A DNA stretch of 32,000 nt from NCBI RefSeq assembly GCF_001457595.1, contig NZ_LN831039.1, positions 6,030,001-6,062,000 of the forward strand, given 5' to 3'. The position numbers were made by a program, and so were the translations under genes. Each line of letters opens with the position of its first letter. The first letter of the stretch is position 1. Positions 28,071-32,000 of the stretch are shown here, piece after piece. The DNA is from Mycolicibacterium smegmatis (GTDB lineage: Bacteria > Actinomycetota > Actinomycetes > Mycobacteriales > Mycobacteriaceae). The notes below the pieces were generated by a model. That model was given only the letters and a program-made list of their open reading frames with translations, searched no databases and had not been told where the DNA came from.

Positions 28071-29861
28071 TCACTCCACGGTCACTGACTTGGCGAGGTT
28101 GCGCGGCTTGTCGACGTCGTGCCCGAGGGCCAGTGCCAATGTGCGCGCCAGGATTTGCAACGGCACGGTGGCCTCTACCGGCCCCCACGGCGCCTTCGAG
28201 AGTCCGACGACCGGGATGCTGCTGCCGGCCGATCCGATCGAGATGATGCGACCACCGCGGGCACGCACCTCGGCGACGTTGGAGCTCAGTTTCTGGTCTC
28301 CGTTGTCGACCACCACCACGGGTGTGCCCTGGCTGACCAAGGCCAGCGGACCATGCTTGAGTTCGCCGGCCGGGTAGTGCTCAGCCCACCGGTAGGTGAG
28401 CTCCTTGAGTTTGAGCGCACCCTCTGCCGCGTACGGGAGACCCGATCCCCGGGCTATGAAGATGAAACCGCCTGCGTCGACCAACTCGTCGACGATCTGC
28501 GGGAGCACCCTCTTCGCGATCGAGATCGAGGCGACAAGCTCATCAGGCAGCCGCTGGAGACCGTCCACGAGCCGATTGGCGCACACTGTGGAGATCCGCC
28601 GCGTCGCGACGAGGGCCGATATCATCAGCGCGGCACCCGAAACTATCTGGCACATGAATGTTTTCGTCGCCGCGACACCGATCTCCGGGCCGGCGGAGCA
28701 CCCGACGACGGCATCGGCCAGACGCGCCAAGGTGGAGTGTGAGCTGTTGGTGAGCGCCACCAACGGCGCCTCTCCCACCGCGGGCGACTCCACCGCGCGG
28801 AGCACGTCGGCGGTTTCCCCTGACTGGCTGATGGCCAGGCAGATCTGTGCGGACTCCGGCACCTCCGCGGCTGCCTCGCTTGCCACGGTGGTGACCACCG
28901 GTATGGCACCGAGTTCACGCGCCAGATTGCCGATCACACATCCTGCGTTGAGCGATGTGCCGCAAGCGATCACCCGCAGCCGTTCGAAGGGCGGTAGTCC
29001 GAAGTCACGCCAGAGCGCACCGGTCGCGATGCGGTCCCCGAGGTCGTCGAGGACGCGGGCGGCCGCTTCGGGCTGCTCATCGATCTCCTTGGCCATGTAG
29101 TCGGTGTAGCCGTTGAGCTCCACATCGGTGCCCCTGAGCGTGCACCGCGTCGCGGCAGGCGGCGCGGTGCACGCACCGGAGCGGGTCCAGCGGCCGTCGC
29201 GAGACAGCTCGACCACGTCGCCGTTCTCCAGGACGCGGAACTCATCGACCCAGTCGGCGATCGCGGCGATGTCACTGGCCGCGAAGTCGCCATGGTCTGT
29301 GTGAGCGATCAGGAGCGGTGACCCGTTGGCAGCGACGATGATTCGTCCTGTATGCCGGTCGAGCACCGCGATCGCCCATGATCCATGGACCTTGCTGAGC
29401 GCCCGTTGGACTGCCTGAACAAGGTCGGCGCAATCGCGAAGTTCGTCCTCGATCAGGTGACACAGCACCTCGCTGTCCACCGTCGTCGCGAACATGTGAC
29501 CGCTATTGCCCAGGGCCACCCGCAGGCCTGCGGCATTTTCGATGATTCCGTTGTGCACCAAACTGATTTGCCCTGTGCAGTCGACGTGCGGATGTGCATT
29601 GTGCTCGGTCACCGCGCCGTGGGTGGCCCATCGGGTGTGTCCGATGCCCACACCGTCGAGTTCCGGGCCAGACCATTCGTCCAAGAGACTTTCCAGCGCA
29701 CCGATACGCCCAGTGGTTCTGAGACGTGCGATATCTCCGCTGACGGTCCGCAGTGCCACACCGACCGAGTCATAGCCTCGATATTCGAGTCGGCGCAATC
29801 CCACCCGCAGGTACTCCGCAGCCGGCCGATCGGTATGGCAGGCGATAATTCCGCACATCAC
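28071..29861 (-). CDS. glmS: Glutamine--fructose-6-phosphate aminotransferase (isomerizing)
   Basis: MCGIIACHTDRPAAEYLRVGLRRLEYRGYDSVGVAL, GIGHTRWATHG, HNGIIEN, ACGTSLNAG, SQSGETADVL, EGALKLKELTYRWAEHYPAGELKHGPLALV. The second Met (29858) gives the expected N-terminal Cys. Confidence 0.95.
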   Translation of the reverse strand: MMCGIIACHTDRPAAEYLRVGLRRLEYRGYDSVGVALRTVSGDIARLRTTGRIGALESLLDEWSGPELDGVGIGHTRWATHGAVTEHNAHPHVDCTGQISLVHNGIIENAAGLRVALGNSGHMFATTVDSEVLCHLIEDELRDCADLVQAVQRALSKVHGSWAIAVLDRHTGRIIVAANGSPLLIAHTDHGDFAASDIAAIADWVDEFRVLENGDVVELSRDGRWTRSGACTAPPAATRCTLRGTDVELNGYTDYMAKEIDEQPEAAARVLDDLGDRIATGALWRDFGLPPFERLRVIACGTSLNAGCVIGNLARELGAIPVVTTVASEAAAEVPESAQICLAISQSGETADVLRAVESPAVGEAPLVALTNSSHSTLARLADAVVGCSAGPEIGVAATKTFMCQIVSGAALMISALVATRRISTVCANRLVDGLQRLPDELVASISIAKRVLPQIVDELVDAGGFIFIARGSGLPYAAEGALKLKELTYRWAEHYPAGELKHGPLALVSQGTPVVVVDNGDQKLSSNVAEVRARGGRIISIGSAGSSIPVVGLSKAPWGPVEATVPLQILARTLALALGHDVDKPRNLAKSVTVE

Positions 29862-30177
29862 CGGCTCCCTTCGGCAGGATCAGCTATTTGACTTCCCGCG
29901 TTCTGCACCTCGCCCTGCGACCGAGGCAGGAATTGGTAACAGCGTTTGTGGCGTAAGAGCTTTGGTGATCCGTACGCCGTCCGATCGATAACAGGTCGAC
30001 CGATTTTCAGCGCCACAGCCGGCTCCGCCAGATCGGCTACCTGTTTTCCTCTCAGCGACCTCGCGCCCCCGCTTCGAGCTACCCCCGCAAACACCTTCTC
30101 ACTATTGAGCGCCGAAAGCCTTTGGTACATAGACCATCAGAGCGAACTTCGGTCTGGATCCGGGCCCAGGCCCTGGA

Positions 30178-31095
30178 CTAGTTCTCGAGAGTCTCTTCGG
30201 TGAACACAGTGGATCGCGCGAGGGCCGCGGCCTGGGCACGCGTGCTCACGCCCAGCTTGGCCAACAGGCTGTGGACGTGATTTTTGACGGTGTGGACAGC
30301 GATGCAGAGCTGTTCGGCGATGTCCCGATTCGAAAGGCCCATTTCCAGTAGTCGAAGGATCTGGATCTCCCGGGAAGTAAGGACTAGTTCTTTTTGGACC
30401 GGCTGCCGCTGCGACGCAAGGGTCGACAGGCGGCGCAGGAGGATCGCCGAGACTCTCGGCGAACAGAGCGATTCTCCCGCAGCAACTTTGTGTATCAATA
30501 CAAGAAGATCCTTGAGCGAATCCGATCGCAGGTGGTAGCCGGCCACGCCGGCCTCGGCGCACGCGACGATTTCTGACTCGTCGTCCTCGGACACCCCAAG
30601 GACAATCACGCGTACCTGCGGACTGAGCTTCAATGCCTGCCGCAGCAACATCGCGCTGTTGCGCGTGGACATATCCAGCAGAATGACACGAGGAACAGTG
30701 GTCTCGTACGCGGCGATCAACGACGGCAGATCCCACGCGACACCAGGCGCCACCGCACCGTGGGATGCGAGTACCGCAGCGAGGTAGTCGCGGTAGAGAG
30801 TGCAATCGCCGACGATCAGAATGCGCGCCTCGCGGAGCAGTCCCGCTCCGTCGGGCGCCTCGCGATACGACTCCCCCCACGACCCGGCCAACGACACAAC
30901 CGACATGTCCCGCCACTCGTCCCGCGGGATCTGATGGACACGTCCGTTTGCTGGGCGGCGTCCGCTCCCTGGCATGTACTGGCACACCGACTCGGCCACG
31001 TCGGCTGCCGGACCACCGAACTGTTGATCACCGTCCGCGACCGTACCCATGCGGCCGCTCTCCGCATCCACCGAGATCCCAGAAAGCTCTTCCAT
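30178..31095 (-). CDS. LuxR/NarL-family transcriptional regulator with atypical receiver domain
   Basis: Receiver-like EARILIVGDCTLYRDYLAAVL...VPRVILLDMSTRN; HTH LVLTSREIQILRLLEMGLSNRDIAEQLCIAVHTVKNHVHSLLAKLGVSTRAQAAA. The true start may be downstream. Confidence 0.88.
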   Translation of the reverse strand: MEELSGISVDAESGRMGTVADGDQQFGGPAADVAESVCQYMPGSGRRPANGRVHQIPRDEWRDMSVVSLAGSWGESYREAPDGAGLLREARILIVGDCTLYRDYLAAVLASHGAVAPGVAWDLPSLIAAYETTVPRVILLDMSTRNSAMLLRQALKLSPQVRVIVLGVSEDDESEIVACAEAGVAGYHLRSDSLKDLLVLIHKVAAGESLCSPRVSAILLRRLSTLASQRQPVQKELVLTSREIQILRLLEMGLSNRDIAEQLCIAVHTVKNHVHSLLAKLGVSTRAQAAALARSTVFTEETLEN

Positions 31096-31653
31096 CTCAA
31101 TACTTCTGGGGCACTGCCGTGTGAATCACCCTTATCGCAGGGCAATCTCGCCTGGTCAGAACCACAACCCCGTATGAACACATCATGATCAAACCGATCC
31201 TCCCCGCCCCGGACGGCACTCATCGAGTCCAGATCCAAGATGCGCCGATGGTAGGCATTTGCCATAACGGCGGTCAACGGAACGAGAGGACGATTCTGAG
31301 CAAAGGTTGCGGTGTTAAGAAGTCGAGCTTTTACTCGTGCGCGCGCCTACGGATTCCGTCGTCGCATCCACCCAGCTCGTACCGGTTCTCATACCATTCG
31401 TCGGATAAACAACGTGTTTTCCATACTCGAGGTTCTGTAAACAAGATCTAGCTGCGTCTTTTCGCCCTCATCGGCGAAGAGATCCGCTTGGTGATCGTCG
31501 CCAGCACAGCGAACGCAGATCATCTAAGTACCCGGAATGGTCCCAGCGACCCACAGATAGCAACGATGGAACAATACATACGACAAACGTGTAATGGTTG
31601 CTGAAACTGCCGCGGGAGGGCAGCTTTTCCCGTTGCGGGACGGGCCCAGTCCG

Positions 31654-32000
31654 CTACATCCGCTTCGCGATATCGTCCCCGCCGCTGTGCCGCGGCGACT
31701 CGTGGGGCGCGACCGGTACAGGACCGGGCGCGGGCCGGGCATCGCTGGGCCCCGCGGCGCTCGCCGGAGGTGCAGCAGGCGCAGGGGCGCTGGGCGCGGG
31801 AGCGGTGGGCGCGGCCGCCGACGAGGCCGGTCCGGATGCCGACGACGACGCGCCGGTGTGCTCGTTCAGCCGTGCCTCGCGCGCATTCTGATCGGCCTCG
31901 CGCCTGTTCTGCTCGTCCTCACGCTGGTTGAGATGGTCCTCGCGCTCGTTCTGCTTGGTCTCACGCTCGTTGAGTTGGGCTTCGCGCTCCTGTTGCTGCT
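31654..32000 (-). CDS. Coiled-coil/7-residue-repeat protein with Ala/Pro-rich C-terminal tail (N-terminus beyond right edge)
   Basis: Manual minus-strand translation ending in TAG at 31656-31654: QQQEREAQLNERETKQNEREDHLNQREDEQNRREADQNAREARLNEHTGASSSASGPASSAAAPTAPAPSAPAPAAPPASAAGPSDARPAPGPVPVAPHESPRHSGGDDIAKRM*. Confidence 0.7.
   Translation of the reverse strand, partial: QQQEREAQLNERETKQNEREDHLNQREDEQNRREADQNAREARLNEHTGASSSASGPASSAAAPTAPAPSAPAPAAPPASAAGPSDARPAPGPVPVAPHESPRHSGGDDIAKRM
31864..31989 (-). repeat. Six consecutive 21-bp coding repeats (7-aa unit, consensus xREAxxN / xREDxxN)
   Basis: Units: EREAQLN, ERETKQN, EREDHLN, QREDEQN, RREADQN, AREARLN. Arg2, Glu3 and Asn7 are invariant in all six. 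Confidence 0.85.

Noticed and set aside
29858-30130. 90-aa minus-strand ORF overlapping the glmS start
   Set aside because: Overlaps the glmS start by a few bases but has no motifs; more likely the regulator-glmS intergenic region.
1-32000. CRISPR arrays, tRNA/rRNA genes, transposases or integrases
   Set aside because: No evenly spaced direct repeats, no recognisable RNA gene and no mobile-element protein were seen by eye; a tRNAscan/Infernal run would be needed to exclude small RNAs.

Overview
GC-rich actinobacterial DNA (Rhodococcus/Gordonia-like by protein character; this is inference) containing most of a cell-surface or extracellular polysaccharide locus. Almost all genes are on the minus strand. 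From left to right: partial GT2 glycosyltransferase, NodB-type deacetylase, a fused GT2 + GNAT/CelD(BcsL)-like acyltransferase, WcaI-like GT4, a secreted putative lipoprotein of unknown function (+), an SDR and a GMC-type oxidoreductase, a Wzx/TuaB-type flippase, a CgeB-like glycosyltransferase, a HemL-like class III aminotransferase and a methyltransferase (both +), an internally duplicated Cys-containing protein, then a dense nucleotide-sugar block. That block has two C-methyltransferase-like proteins, an RmlC-like protein (+), an SDR, a PIG-L deacetylase, a CDP-glucose pyrophosphorylase-like protein, an Alg14/Alg13-like glycosyltransferase, UDP-glucose dehydrogenase, RmlA, a WbaP/CpsE-type initiating sugar-phosphate transferase, a GalE-like SDR and GlmS. 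A LuxR/NarL-type regulator sits at the operon head and a coiled-coil 7-residue-repeat protein runs off the right edge. The observations most worth following up are: (1) a GalE-like SDR whose catalytic YxxxK reads HxxxK with a shortened loop; (2) a CDP-sugar/C-methyl-sugar module with no recognisable 4,6-dehydratase in the window, containing a divergent methyltransferase in which YHEH reads RHGH; (3) a regulator with several altered receiver-domain residues; (4) a protein with an internal tandem duplication and conserved Cys residues; (5) the GT2-acyltransferase fusion next to a deacetylase; (6) a 21-bp/7-aa tandem repeat at the right edge. No tRNA, rRNA, CRISPR array or mobile element was recognised, and no Wzy polymerase was found.
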